From Bugula neritina (taxonomy: Eukaryota > Animalia > Bryozoa): DNA of 64,000 nucleotides. The translations under genes and the position numbers were made by a program. The DNA is taken from assembly GCA_964035545.1 (NCBI GenBank), contig OZ037765.1, positions 16,988,995 through 17,052,994 of the forward strand, in the 5' to 3' direction. This document shows positions 25,704 to 38,455 of this stretch, piece after piece. The notes under the pieces were generated by a model. It did not search any database, was not told the origin of the DNA, and was given only the letters and a program-made list of their open reading frames with translations. The first letter of the stretch is position 1. Each line of letters starts with the position of its first letter.

Positions 25704-26477
25704 AATTCTAAACTAAAGATAGATTTATCTACTTTTAACAATTGAATATTTAAAAAAATCTAATAAGAGCTTCAAAGACTTGTGAGTCCTGATCATCCAG
25801 TTGCTGTTGGAAAGTTCACCTTGACTTTTTAGTTTTTAGAACTAAACGTAAACGTGCAGTTTTTCAGCCTGTATTGCGTTCAGGATTGTACTTGGATCTA
25901 TATTTTCTAATACGCAGCGCTTTCAGGAATCACTTTAGTTTGTTGCAAATAATTACCCAAATGCTTGTATTTGCCTCGGTTTGAGAAATAGTCAGATTGC
26001 GAATTGGTGGCAGATGCTTAAATTGATAATTTCTGAACTTGTATTTGCAGGTTGCTGTGCAACGGTTCTACCAACATACGCTTGCGCAGGGTTTTTATTC
26101 CGGAAACTATCTAGAGATCGAGCACGCGAGTAGTATTTTACAGCCATTCGCTTTCAATTTCACACGGGCACCCTTCTCTCAATGCAATAGGTAAAGTCAT
26201 ATCTGAGTATCATATTGATATTCATATTGCCTATTGGTCATATTACTATTAGTAATATTAATGTCGCCGTTTTTTAACTGAGAATTCATTCAACATTTAA
26301 ACAAAATACATTCTTTGTGTTGAAAAGCTGTAAACAGCAAGACTAACTCTAAGAAGTAAGAGGAAGACTTAGTCTAACTCTAAGTCTAACTGCAAGTGTG
26401 ACAACTAACATTTATTTTTCGGTTTACATCAGTGACAGTTATTAGTGATTAGCAGCCATAAGCCTTAATTGATAAGC
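25704..26477. promoter_or_regulatory. Bidirectional promoter region between FAM183 (-) and METAP1 (+)
   Basis: The head-to-head ATGs are 774 bp apart. CpG-enriched, with an X-box-like palindrome GTTGCTGTGCAAC (26051-26063), TGCGCA (NRF1-like half site) and CCGGAA (ETS core, ~26100). Confidence 0.65.
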
Positions 26478-29400
26478 ATGAAAGTTTGCCAAACAGAAGG
26501 ATGCACGGAAGAAGCAAAACTTCAGTGCCCAACATGTCTAAAACTAGGCATGGATAACTTCTTCTGTAACCAGGTACGAAATCTTAATCTAAGCACTAGC
26601 AGTAAGCTAATTTACTAATAGTAGTATTATCATAAAGTTTTATGTCAAAGACAAATGTGCCTTGATAATATCATTACGATTATATATAACTACAACAATA
26701 TTTATATTAATAATTAATTATAATAATAATATTCTCAATAAAAATATCAATATCATTATCAATATGAATATCATCATGATAATCATAGTGATTGTGTTTA
26801 AACTTTAAACTAAAGCTTTCAAGTTGAACTTCACCTTGAATATTGATTTCCAAACTTAGAGTTGAAACATGAAATTAAATATTGCTATTGTGATTAATAA
26901 TACATAATAAATTAAATTATAATATTTAATTTATTATCATTAACATTAAGTGATAAATCATTATGATAATATTAATCATAGTTAATGTTATACTCGTACG
27001 GTTTATTATGTAATAATAAAATTATGATATTCAATGTAAATAATGATATATATTATATATATCATTATTTATATTGAACATATAATTATTATATATATTA
27101 TATATAATAATTGTAATATAGTAATTAAATATAATTGACTATAATTAATATAACTTCATATATTTATTTTTAATTTATAATACTTTAATTTGTATTAATA
27201 GTAATACTAATAGACATAGTAATGCTATGGCTTTTACCATTAGATTTAGCATTACTATTAGTATTAGTAATGACTATAAGTAATGTAGTTCAAGTATTAG
27301 TAATAACTAATGAGTAATGAGCATTACAATTACTATTAGTATAAAAATATGTATATACCAACAAAAATAATTCCCGTGATAGATTTTAATTATTTGAAAT
27401 GGGTATATGCTAGTACTGTTTTGCCAGTTTTAGTAATTGGTGAATAATTTTATAAATGGGGCATAAACCATTTTTTGAAAAAGTTGAAGTTGTGTTCTCT
27501 TGATCTAAAATAGCATAACCAACTATCTTGTTTTTATTTTTTCAAAATGAACCATAACCGTCATTTTCAACATGGTTTAATAATAAGTTTGTTCGAAAAA
27601 TATCCACAGAAGTAATAATCAAAATGGGAAAAATCCAAATAGCCAATTCAAATCCATTGTTAGCAGAATGTACTTCAATCAGCACACATACAATCATTCG
27701 TCTCTGTGCACTTTCAAAATGGCTATATCAATTTTTGTTTGAAAATAAATTTTTCGGCACACTTTACCAAATAGCAGTAGTAAAAAACAGCCAATTATAA
27801 AAAACCACCACATGACCATAAAAAGAGCTTTATACTCTGGAAAGGGGAGCCTCAAAAGACTGTATCTAACTTACTATTAGCTTTTGTGAAGTTAGCTTCC
27901 TAACAATAAATGATTTGAACTTCCAGCGCATGTAAAACTTCACAGTGAAGGTTCAGCAGGATAAAGAGATTCTGCTTTTGCTGATTACCCATATGTCAAA
28001 GGTCTAAGTAGCTGAGACCAACAAAAAAAAAAACCAAAAGAGTATACAGTAACGTAACACCTGATGCAGAAATCTAACTGGTTACTAGTTGAAGTGTACT
28101 ATGCTGTTTTTTTGTACGTCTTAGGTAGGTATTTTCGCCAGAAAAATAAATGAGAACACATTTGATTTTATTATTGTATACTTAGTGTCTTTTTACAGTT
28201 GTCATGAAAGTTTCAAGTCACACTGCTTACTTCTGTGAACCCATAAGTTGCTTTTAGATTATGTGTCATATTTGAGCTTTCATGAAAGGTTGTGTCCACA
28301 AAACCTCCCAACACTACAAGCAGTATGGTGCCTTTCAAAAAAGCACCAACTAAAAATATATCACTAACTGATGTGCAGAAAGCAAAAATGACAACAGCCT
28401 TCTACTCCACAAATGTAAGGCTCGGGTGTTATATGACTAGCTAAGTAGGCATGTACCACCCTCTTTAACAATATATTTTGCTGTCATGTAAAGCTTGATA
28501 TTACCTAGAACAGTTGTGCACCATGGTAAAGACTTAGTGCAAAACCTTGACAATGTCACTGTAGTGACTGTACACCTGGCTAACAGATCAAGGCTCGAAA
28601 GACAGCAACATAATTGTATCACCTAATGGTCATGCCCTAATGCAACCTCTTGCTGAGCAACAAAGCAGTGTCGATACACTGAAAATTCTTTGGAAGTTTT
28701 GCTTTAGTCAAAATAAAAATATATTAATGGTGAGCACGCTCCCAAGTCTTGTTGCTAGTGGCTCTGCAGGCAAAAAGCTGAAGATAGCACTCTATAATTT
28801 CCCGTATCCTGGTCATAGCTACCATCCAGACGATCGTGTTTTTGGTTGCCTCTATCTGGACACCAGGAAGCTTAAAAAATTTCCTTGTTATTGGAATACA
28901 GTGGCATAAAGAAGCGTAGACAGGTTATGCAGTACCAGGAAAACTGGTTAGCTCAAGACATGGAGAGGGAAGTCAAACACTTCTCTAAAACTGCTGAATC
29001 ATTTCAAATAAGCGATGCCAGAGTGATCGAGCTTCATGATAAGAAGATAGGTATGAAGGAGGCATATAGTGGGCCAGTAGCACTGCACTCGGTGCTGAAG
29101 CATTTGGAGAATTGGGAAGTTTTGCACCAGATGTTTTAACTTTCAAAGAAGCTAAGAAGATGGATGTTTTGAACCTTGTTGCTGCGATGGGTGTTGGTAC
29201 AAAAATAAACGAGGAGTATGCTCAAATACTGTCAGGCTCCAGTACTGATTCACCCCCTGACTCAGAATAACATTATATTTTATTGATGTGTCAGCTTTTC
29301 CATTTTCCTTGCATCTAGTTTGTTTTTTTTTTATTGTAAAATATAGCTAATCTGCTTAACACTCAATTGCTTTATCTGTAACAATACGGGACATGTCTCA

Positions 29401-32400
29401 TTTTTGAACAACACATTCAAGTACTGTTGTCTACAAATGCAACAGTTGAACTCTAGCTGAAAAGTTTGCCATTATAACATACATGTAAAATGCATAAAGT
29501 TATAGAATTAAATACGAACTTCTGCTTCAAAACCGTAAAGTGTGTTTATCTGCAATTGCAAAAAATAGTCTATGCCCCATTTCGAAATGGAACTCTTCAA
29601 ATGTTTATTGAACCTAATAAAAAGTCTAGAAAAATAGTATATTGTTTATGCTGGGAAATACTCATGTTTAGCTGTTAACGTGTAACTGTTTTTGTTTGTT
29701 TTTTGTAATGCTTTATAAAATCTACATATTTTTTAGGACTGTTTCAAGAAGAGTTGGAATAACCACAAACAAGTACACAAAAAAGCCCGTATGTTGTGTA
29801 TAATTTAACTATGTTCCTACAAAAAATATCTCATGCAAGTTTATAGTCACCATCCCTGTGCAAAAACCTCCGCTGGAAGGTATTTTTGTTAAATTGGCTA
29901 AGGACTTATTCAGATGGGGCACAGGAACAATTATGACTGGATGCTCTTCCTAACATCATCACCAATGGCCTTTGTTGGGGCTCGAACCCATGACTTAGTG
30001 CTTACTAGGCAAGTGCTCTAACCCCTAGACCACAGCTGTTGACCACAGACCGCAAACCATGTTACTACATTGTAACTTGAGGTGTTTAATTGTTTTGAGG
30101 TTTCTTAACTTAATTATTTGTATTAGAGTGAGCAATTTGCTTAGCTGTTTGTTGGGTAAATATTCTTGAAAATTTTCTACTTAATATTGGTTATATTAAA
30201 AATTTTCATTGGTATTTGTATTGAAAATTAATATGCAAGTTCTCAATTTTATTTCATGTGTTTTTACTTAATTAATTGTTACAGAAGCAGAGCAACAGAC
30301 TGTCCAGAAAACCAACAGTAATCCATGGCCTTCATACAAATACACAGGCTCTCTGAGAGCTGTCTATCCCCTGTCAGATAAAAGAGTAGTGCCTAGTCAT
30401 ATCAACCGACCAGATTATGCTGACCACCCTACAGGTGTATATTTTGAAGTTTCTTATAGCTAAGTGGCTACCATCTATGTTGCAATTTTGAAGAATCGCG
30501 TTATTTTTCAAATAAAAACAGTTGGTATTTTAGATATTGAAGTAATCTGACTGGGGTGTACGTGTGCCATATAAACAGCATAAATTTTTCGTTAGCTATT
30601 ATTTTTGAAAGCCTGCATCTTTAAACATATGGAAACATTCAAACTTACCAAATTATTGCCACAAAAGCTATGAATCACTAGTTTGTTAGGAAAGAGTTAT
30701 TTAGTCTCTTACAACTTAGTGACTTCATTAGCAATACATGGAAAGTATATTAAAGCTACCTTTTACAGTGTAATATAATTTTTGCCTTCCTCTTTAACTG
30801 AAATGTTGGCTCTGCAATCATTGGGAAGCACAGAGAGCCTTCTACAACAACTACTGAGATAGTCAACATATTGTGTTGTAGCTGAATAATGAGACTTTAA
30901 GAACTGACTCTGCAAAAAGGTGTTTATTCCTCTAAGAAGCTGCATGTAATCTCAAACCGCTTCTAATGGTGCTATAAGTATGCTGTATGTTTGTGACACA
31001 GGTTATCCTGCTGGAGAGAGAGAATCAAAACAAGCTAGATTCATGAAAATCTTAAATGATGAGGAGATAGAGGCAATGAGGGTGGTGGGCAGGGTATGTG
31101 TGCTATACTCTTATTTATTGTTAATTTTATTAATTATTCTCAATACTGAAAGCGTAGTACACTGAGATTGGAAATATTCTAAGGGTTATCTTGACAGTCG
31201 TTTCATATTTCAGCTGTTATTTCATCTGTGAGTTGCAAATCGTTAGGTTATGTGTTCCCCTGCAGCTAACCATGTTATTTGTAGTTATGTTGGCTCTTTA
31301 AATGAATTTTAGGAAATTTATTATTTATGTTTTCAACAGGGAAAGCTGGCACTCTAAGTGAACAGTTCAATGATTGGCCAGGTGTAAAGATGCCTTTGTG
31401 GGAGGAGTCTTTTTAATCTTTGTATGTTATAGAGTGTTGACTGTTATTACAGATATCCAGAGAAATATTAGACGAGGCGGCAGCAGCGACAGCAGTCGGT
31501 GTAACTGGTGATGAACTTGACAGAATTGTTCATGAAGCTACAGTGGAAAGAGAAAGCTATCCTTCTCCTTTAAATTATTATAACTTCCCTAAATCCTGCT
31601 GTGTGTATGTATTATTTTGGTTGAAATACTGTTTTACTTGCTATTGCTTTGATGCTAGTTTTGTGTTAGAGCATTGTTTACTAACAAATATAATCTATCT
31701 ACCAACAAGATAGTGAAGAAAGTTACAAACAAGGATGATATACAGTGAGATTTTGGCCTAGAAAAAGGAAGTGCGTTTTTGCCATGATTGCATACAGACC
31801 AGAACCTGCGACCACTTGCTTTCCTTTAGTCTACTCTGTTCATATTCTATGATGAAAGGCAGCTGTTTCCTAATTTCAGGTCTGTTAATGAATGCATATG
31901 TCATGGTATACCTGACCAGCGCCCTCTACAAGATGGAGATATAGTAAACCGTGAGTATTGCTCACACATCCCTCGTTCTTCACTTGTATTTCTTTTTATA
32001 AATGTTACACCATGTTGCATGTATTTTTTCTGTTACAACTTTATTTTTACTTGGTAAAATAAAATACAGTTATATTTTGTTTCTAATTATAAACTGTAAC
32101 AGATTCATCCTCTCTGTTATAAGAATTAAGACTTATTAGACAGCTATTGAGGAGTATTTGTTTCTATGAGTAACAGCTGCTTGCTTTTGTACTTCACAAT
32201 GATATCTGTTGATTATATAGATTGAATAATTTGTGGTTGGCGCCTGTATCATTGACTTCAGATTATTTCAATATGAACAAAAAATTCTTGAAGTTTCTCA
32301 ATGTTGTATAAGATTGATAACTACAATTCGTGCATGTAACTATTTTATTGGCATACGTTTTACAGTTGATATCACAGCCTATCACAGAGGGTTCCATGCT

Positions 32401-35400
32401 GACCTGAACGAAACACTATTTGTTGGTAACGTAGATGACGAGAGTAAGAAGTTGGTGAGAGTAGCTCATGAATGTCTGTACAAGTCTATCGACATGGGTA
32501 AGATAACTTCTTGGCACATACTTGTGTTATGGTGTAGATTTAGGTAAAATAACTCTTATTTCTTAACAATTACTAGTTACTACCCACATGCTAATATATT
32601 GACATCGATGAGATAACTTTTGTATATAGTATACTCTTTATATTCACCTTATGTAAAATAGCTAATGTTGACATTGATAAGATAACTCTTAAGCTATATT
32701 CCCACTTCAATTTGCACATCAACATTTTTGCCGCTGGACCACATTGTCATCATTTAGCATTATATGCATGTAGACTTTTGCCACAGTGGGATGTGTGCTG
32801 GATAGGATAATTTTTTTTTGATTGTATTTTGTGTATTGAATTATTCTAGTCATTGTTAGGTAAGTGTGTAGAAGGCAATGTGAATAGTTTCCACATTTTG
32901 GTATACTTTAGTTAAGCCGGGAGAGAAGTACAGAGAAGTAGGAAATACAATCCAGAAACACGCTGCTTCCAATGGGTGCTCAGTAGTTCGAACTTATTGT
33001 GGACATGGTATTAATGAGTATGTATATTTACTATGTTTTCACTTTAAAATGTCTGCCAATTCCTTTGTGCTGCTTAGCAAGTATAAGGCACAACAGTAGC
33101 TCATGGTGTATTGGGCTTGCAGAGTAAGCGTGAGGCTGCATTAGACATTGCAATGATGACCTACCAGACACAGTGCGTTGTCTGCGGGAGCAGAAATTTA
33201 CTAGCTAATTGTGGTTCCGTTTACCTTTACTGCTCGCTTACAGGTTTTTGTTTCTATAGCTGGGTCATCTACTTTGCATTGAGAAAAGAACTTTAGATAT
33301 AAATGAAGAAAGTGAGAAAATTTAGTTGCTAGAGATTAAAAACGTGAACTTGAAACTCAAAAGTGTGCTCACTAAATGGTAACCAGCCATTCCGCACTGG
33401 CTGTTCAGCAATTTGCCCACATAAATTTCACCTGAAATCTGCACACAACAGCTAATTTTTGGGCTGGATGAATTTCCAAACACCGTCGTGTGGCCTCCCG
33501 CTGATAGAAGGGAGGTTGGCTGGGGCCTCCCGCTGATAGAATTCAATGTTAGAAGACTGAGCTTAAAGCTACTAACATATTCCTGCTCTTAGGCTATAAT
33601 TCTACTCTGACTTGTATACTCTCTCTCATTGCACTCATCTCTTTAGTCTCAGCAATTTCTTCTCATTTGCATTCACGTTCGTTTCTGCCAGCCCTACCAT
33701 ATTATCTGTTATGTTTCTAGGTTCTTAGTCTCTGCAATGGGTTACTGTAGTTCTGTGCACAATGAACTTTTACCTAGCAAAGTTTGTATTAATTTGAGAT
33801 AATAACTCATTCCCCAGGAAAACCTAAAGTTGGGCTTAGGCCTCCTGTATACTGGCATTCACTTCTAGTACCAGCTTCTTTTCATTTTTATATTTTATGA
33901 CCTCATAACTTTCCTCATATATCACATGCGGTTTTTATTGATTTACACGCTTCTTTCCTATTTGGTAAACATAAATATGTTCCAGGGTGTTGTTCTTAGT
34001 TTTATATTAACCATACGTTGGTGAATTGGTATAACCCTTGTTGGCATTTGGTCTTCAAGTAGCCATAAACTCACATCTAACAGAAGCTTGATATGACAGC
34101 CGTGTTATTGGCTACTAAAGAAGCCATTAACCGGTTTTTGGTTTATCTAGTATAGCAATACGCTGATGACTGAATAGAGTGTACAACTCCTTGGCTCACG
34201 TATTGTAATGTGTGTGCACTAAAACTATGTGAAGCTAAACAGAGTAAAATACAGTAACAGTTTTCTTTTGGTAGTAATTTTTGATAAGCTTGCATGCGCA
34301 CACACAACACAAAGTTTAGAATGTTGAAAAAAATTCCATTGCCAAGTTGCGCTCACATTGCTAGCCCACACTCCGTAGTTTTGAGACATTCACTTGTGAA
34401 CTAAGTATGTATACATAATAAACAAAATAAATAATAAAAATGTGGGAATTTTGTAGCAGAAATCACACCTAAATATCATTTCACAATTATTTCAATTTAA
34501 AGTAAATATTTAGATGTTAGGTGGTGAATAAAACTGTATTCAGATTTGAATGCTGTTATCTCTACTTTAATATATCACATTTCCTAGCTACGCTACTTGA
34601 ATTTCTTATGGGTGATGGTAGCAGCTAACAGCTTTGGTTACTTTTGATTGAACTCTATGTTATTTTTTTATCACTTTGAGAAATTGTCTTCTATTTAAAA
34701 CTTTATATGTTGTAAAGGGCTAACTTTTTTCAAGTTAAAAATGCAGCATGCTTATTCCCAATACTATCCTGGAATGATAGCAGGATAGCTTCAATAACAT
34801 GAACCAAAATATGCAATAACTTCCCAGGCCGTCAATGAAATACCATGTTATAAACTGTATTTATCTTACTAGGCTACTACATTTTGTTACCATTATCTGT
34901 AGATGCCCCTCATTAATTAGTTATTAACATTTATCAAGCCAGTTATTTACAGGTAAAGTGACAATGGGCAGTTTGAAGCTGCACATTTCCAACACCTCTA
35001 GTCCTTTATTGAAGAAATGAACTTTCAGGAGGTTTTATTACATTCTGTTGCTGCACAATCCTACTGCTTAATTACAGCAAAATAGCTGGAGCTCTTTTTA
35101 CTGCAGTTATTTGTTGAAATCCCTATTGATTGGGAAGTGGCCGCTTTTTATTGCACATTGTACAATCTTCAACTTTGTGTTCTAAAAGGTCATTTGCTGT
35201 CAATTTCTAGTCTCACTTATACATAGTTTTATAAATCATTGTAGTTTCCCTATCCCCCCCCCCCCACCCAGTTGTATTCTACTCTTAGGATCTAAGAGTA
35301 GAATACAATTTAACGTTAAAATGCAATACTCATGTTAAATTTGAGGCTACTTTTTATAAATACTACTCATTATCATTCTACAATATATATTCAGTACACT

Positions 35401-37230
35401 ACGTTTTGATTAATTATAATAGGCTTACATGCTAGTTTCATATAAGATGCTCTAAAGCTAATGGAATAGTGTTGCAAGATTGAATGCCTTCCTTCTCAAT
35501 TTAGCAAGTTTTTGTAAGTAGTATTAGAAAGTCAACAACATATGGTAAACTGGTAGTAAGCATATGCTGTAATGAATAGAAAAAGTAAAATTCCTTCTAT
35601 GAAGTACGCAGTTATGCTAACTTGTCTTTCTGCACTTTACAGGCTGTTTCACACAAGTCCTACAGTTCCTCACTATTCTAGTAAGTAGAATCTAGGCTTT
35701 GCTGTTTAGTTTCATCATTTTTATTTTTAACTACTGGAACTTTGATATTTTGTTATAATTATAAAATATTTTGAGTGAAATATGTGTTTTCAATAAAGTA
35801 GAAACTAGCTTAATTATGTGCTATCATGCTTGCTGTAACACATCTATTAGCTGCATGTGGGCTACTAGGAAGAGTTAACTCTTGAATTCATGTAGTGTGT
35901 ATAATATTTTGAGTTTTTTCTAATTAAAGATATTTTGCATATGCAATGCTAAGAGTCCAATATATGCAGTTTTATTGAATGGAGGATGTCTACCCACTTC
36001 TGGTGTGGACACTACCAATATCTTTTATGAGATTGAAACTTGCTAGCTTATATAGTAATATCTATTAAAAATAGAATTGTCTCTCCTGTTTATCACTTGA
36101 TCCCTATGAAAACTTCCACTTGAAATTTGTATGCTTTGCATGCATGCGAGACATATTGAAGGTAGTATTTTAACATGATGAGAAACTCCTAAATCATTTG
36201 TAGAGAACAAAGCTGTTGGTTTGATGAAGCCTGGACATACATTCACTATAGAACCAATGATATCAGCTGGTATGGCTCTTGCTTCTAAATTTTACAATTT
36301 AACAACCACTTTTGTAAAAGTGAACATGTACTGTTATGTATGCAATGAAATTAATCAATTTTGCTCACTGCTTGCCTGGTGGGATTTTCCGAAAACTGTC
36401 TGATTTACAGCAAACCCATCTTGACGAAACACGTTTAATACAACAGCATACCAAATCACAGGCATCTATGTTGGTAAAAATAGCCTTTCCATCCCACATT
36501 ACGTTGGTGGTGTGTACCAGTCATGCTGTGGTGAGCCAGTTTACACACACACAGTCACCTCATGTCTGCTTGCTGTTTGTGTAAGAATTGGTAATGGCAT
36601 ATTTGAATTTCGGCTGCATAAAATGCCGGCCATAGTTTTGTACGGACATAACAATCACTATTTCAAAAACTTCTAAGTTATGTAAATGTTATTGGAGTTG
36701 TTGCTAGATATTGCATTATGTGGTAATCTATGTACACACACTGTTCATTATGTATGCTGTGCAATTAGTCTGTCATGGTCCAACTCTACGGAGTTGTGCA
36801 AAATTGTTGCTTTTTTAGTGGCAGTAATTAGGGGAGCAGCCGTGGTCTAAGGCTTAAAGCTTTTGCTTAGTGAACACGAAGTCATGGGTTCAAACCCTGA
36901 CAAAGGCCATTGGTGATGTTATGAAGAGCATCCAATTGCACCTGTGCCCCCATCTAAATAAGTCCTAGCCTGATCTAACAAAACCCCTTTCCATCAGGGT
37001 TTTCTCACAGGGATAGCGACTATAAACTTGTGCGAGTAGTGGCAATAATAGGTGTAATATTATATTCAGGTACCTGGAAGGACCTAACCTGGCCAGACAA
37101 CTGGACATCTGTAACTGCAGATGGCAAAAGATCGGCTCAGTTTGAGCAAACTTTGCTCTGTACTGAAAGTGGTGTGGAAATATTGACAGAGAGGAGAAGT
37201 AAGGGAGGTCAGCCATACTTCATGGATTAG
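26478..37230 (+). CDS. METAP1: Methionine aminopeptidase 1 (371 aa, 11 exons)
   Basis: Exons 26478-26573, 29737-29788, 30285-30434, 31002-31093, 31453-31604, 31880-31950, 32366-32497, 32912-33017, 35643-35680, 36204-36269 and 37070-37230 (1116 nt, in frame). N-terminal C6H2 zinc finger (CQTEGC...[29 protein letters not shown]); motifs [61 protein letters not shown]. Confidence 0.97.
26700..27345. repeat. Hexamer-periodic AT-rich island in METAP1 intron 1
   Basis: AATATC AATATC ATTATC AATATG AATATC; AAGTTG AACTTC ACCTTG; ACTATT AGTATT AGTAAT. Confidence 0.7.
27454..29582 (+). mobile_element. Decayed cut-and-paste DNA transposon, Sola-like transposase remnant (METAP1 intron 1)
   Basis: A 24-bp inverted repeat matches at 22/24 positions (AAATGGGGCATAAACCATTTTTTG at 27454-27477; CAAAAAATAGTCTATGCCCCATTT at 29559-29582). 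The broken internal ORF carries [28 protein letters not shown] and [18 protein letters not shown], resembling the D..Q.L.LP / SD.C.GQNKN / F...GHSY.P.DR.FG motifs of Sola-type transposases. The superfamily call is from recalled motifs. Confidence 0.7.
29830..30040 (-). mobile_element. tRNA-derived SINE (METAP1 intron 2)
   Basis: The minus strand has A-box-like TGGTCTAGGGG and B-box GGTTCGAGCCC. The body is colinear with the plus-strand copy at 36831-37036. Confidence 0.85.
35272..35308. repeat. Perfect 17-bp inverted repeat with 3-nt loop
   Basis: TTGTATTCTACTCTTAG-GAT-CTAAGAGTAGAATACAA. Confidence 0.9.
36831..37036 (+). mobile_element. tRNA-derived SINE, apparently full length (METAP1 intron 10)
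   Basis: Starts GGGGAGCAGCCGTGGTCTAAGG (A box), has GGTTCAAACCC (B box) and the body CCATTGGTGATGTTATGAAGAGCATCC. Flanked by an imperfect TSD: TAGTGGCAGTAATTA (36816-36830) and TAGTGGCAATAATA (37037-37050). Confidence 0.85.
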
Positions 37231-38319
37231 ACACTACGAGAACTTGGTCTAAGCTGATGCACTATGTAGACGTGAATACATGCTAGCTGGTGTAATATCA
37301 TATCTAAATACACCGTTCATCAACAACATGATTTTAACAGTTGAATTGTTATCCAACAGCACTGATTTTTATTTGTGTGATCCACAAAATTATTTATTGT
37401 TTAAATCATTTCCCATTTTGCTTCTGTATAAGTATGGTCAAATAAATGGTTTTATGTAATCTTGGCTCAAAACCATTTTATTTTCGAAATAATTATTGGA
37501 TATAGACTTTGAATGCAAAAACCACAGCTGGTGGCTGAGTAAGACGGCTATTATGATTGGTTGAACAACAGCCTCTGCCTTCTCAAAACTGTGTTTTCCT
37601 AGGCTACCTGTGGCATAATTTTAGGCTCAATTATGATCATGATATATATCGCAGGTGGTTACACAGTAGGCTGAAATTTTTACTTGAAATAATAAGCTTT
37701 AGCAGACAATAGATATTCTATACTTGAACTATGCCATTCCTGTGAGCAGATGGCAGGAAGGACTTGCACCTTTCCATGGAAGCTGTTTAGTTCTCTATTC
37801 CGACTGGTCTTGTGTACCCTTGCTGGCAGTGAATAGCTGCTCCAACTTGTTGTTATAAACACTGATCAACTCTCAGATAACGGCTTACAATTACTCAGCT
37901 ATGATTCTCCTGCAGGAAGCTGATGAATGTTTTACACTTGATCTTCACTGATACAATATACCACCTATATCTCTACATTATCTTTATTCTACATGTCATT
38001 ATATCAATAGAATAGGTCACCTTTCCTATATCAACACCAGGTTATACTGCCCAATAGCCTTCTTTATTGGTCCTTCATGAACTTAATTAAGCTTTCTCCA
38101 CAGATTTACACACTGATGTTGTGAAGTTGAGGCAGGCAATCCCTGAACAGAGAGCTGTTGGTTAGAGAGCACCTGTTTTGCACATACTATTGACAATTAA
38201 AGTATCGTATGCCATAGTATTTGTTTACAACATATAACCTGACTGATTTTGTTTGTCTGAAATTGGATAAAATATTTATTTAAAAATAATAACAAACTAT
38301 CTGTTAAAATCAGCTGTCT

Positions 38320-38455
38320 ATTGGTTAGAGTGCAGCCTTATGTGGCGCAGGTTATTGGGAGTTCAGGTTATTGGTGATGTCAGGAAGAGCATCCTATAAT
38401 ATTGCTGCTATTTTACAGTAAAGCTCTCAAACCAGCATGGGTTCTCACATCCTGT
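38320..38455 (+). mobile_element. Degenerate SINE copy (intergenic)
   Basis: GGTTAGAGTGC...TATTGGTGATGTCAGGAAGAGCATCC shared with the other SINE copies. Confidence 0.55.

Noticed and set aside
33492-33541. Duplicated GGCCTCCCGCTGATAGAA with a small hairpin
   Set aside because: A single local tandem duplication in an intron with no supporting structure or further copies.
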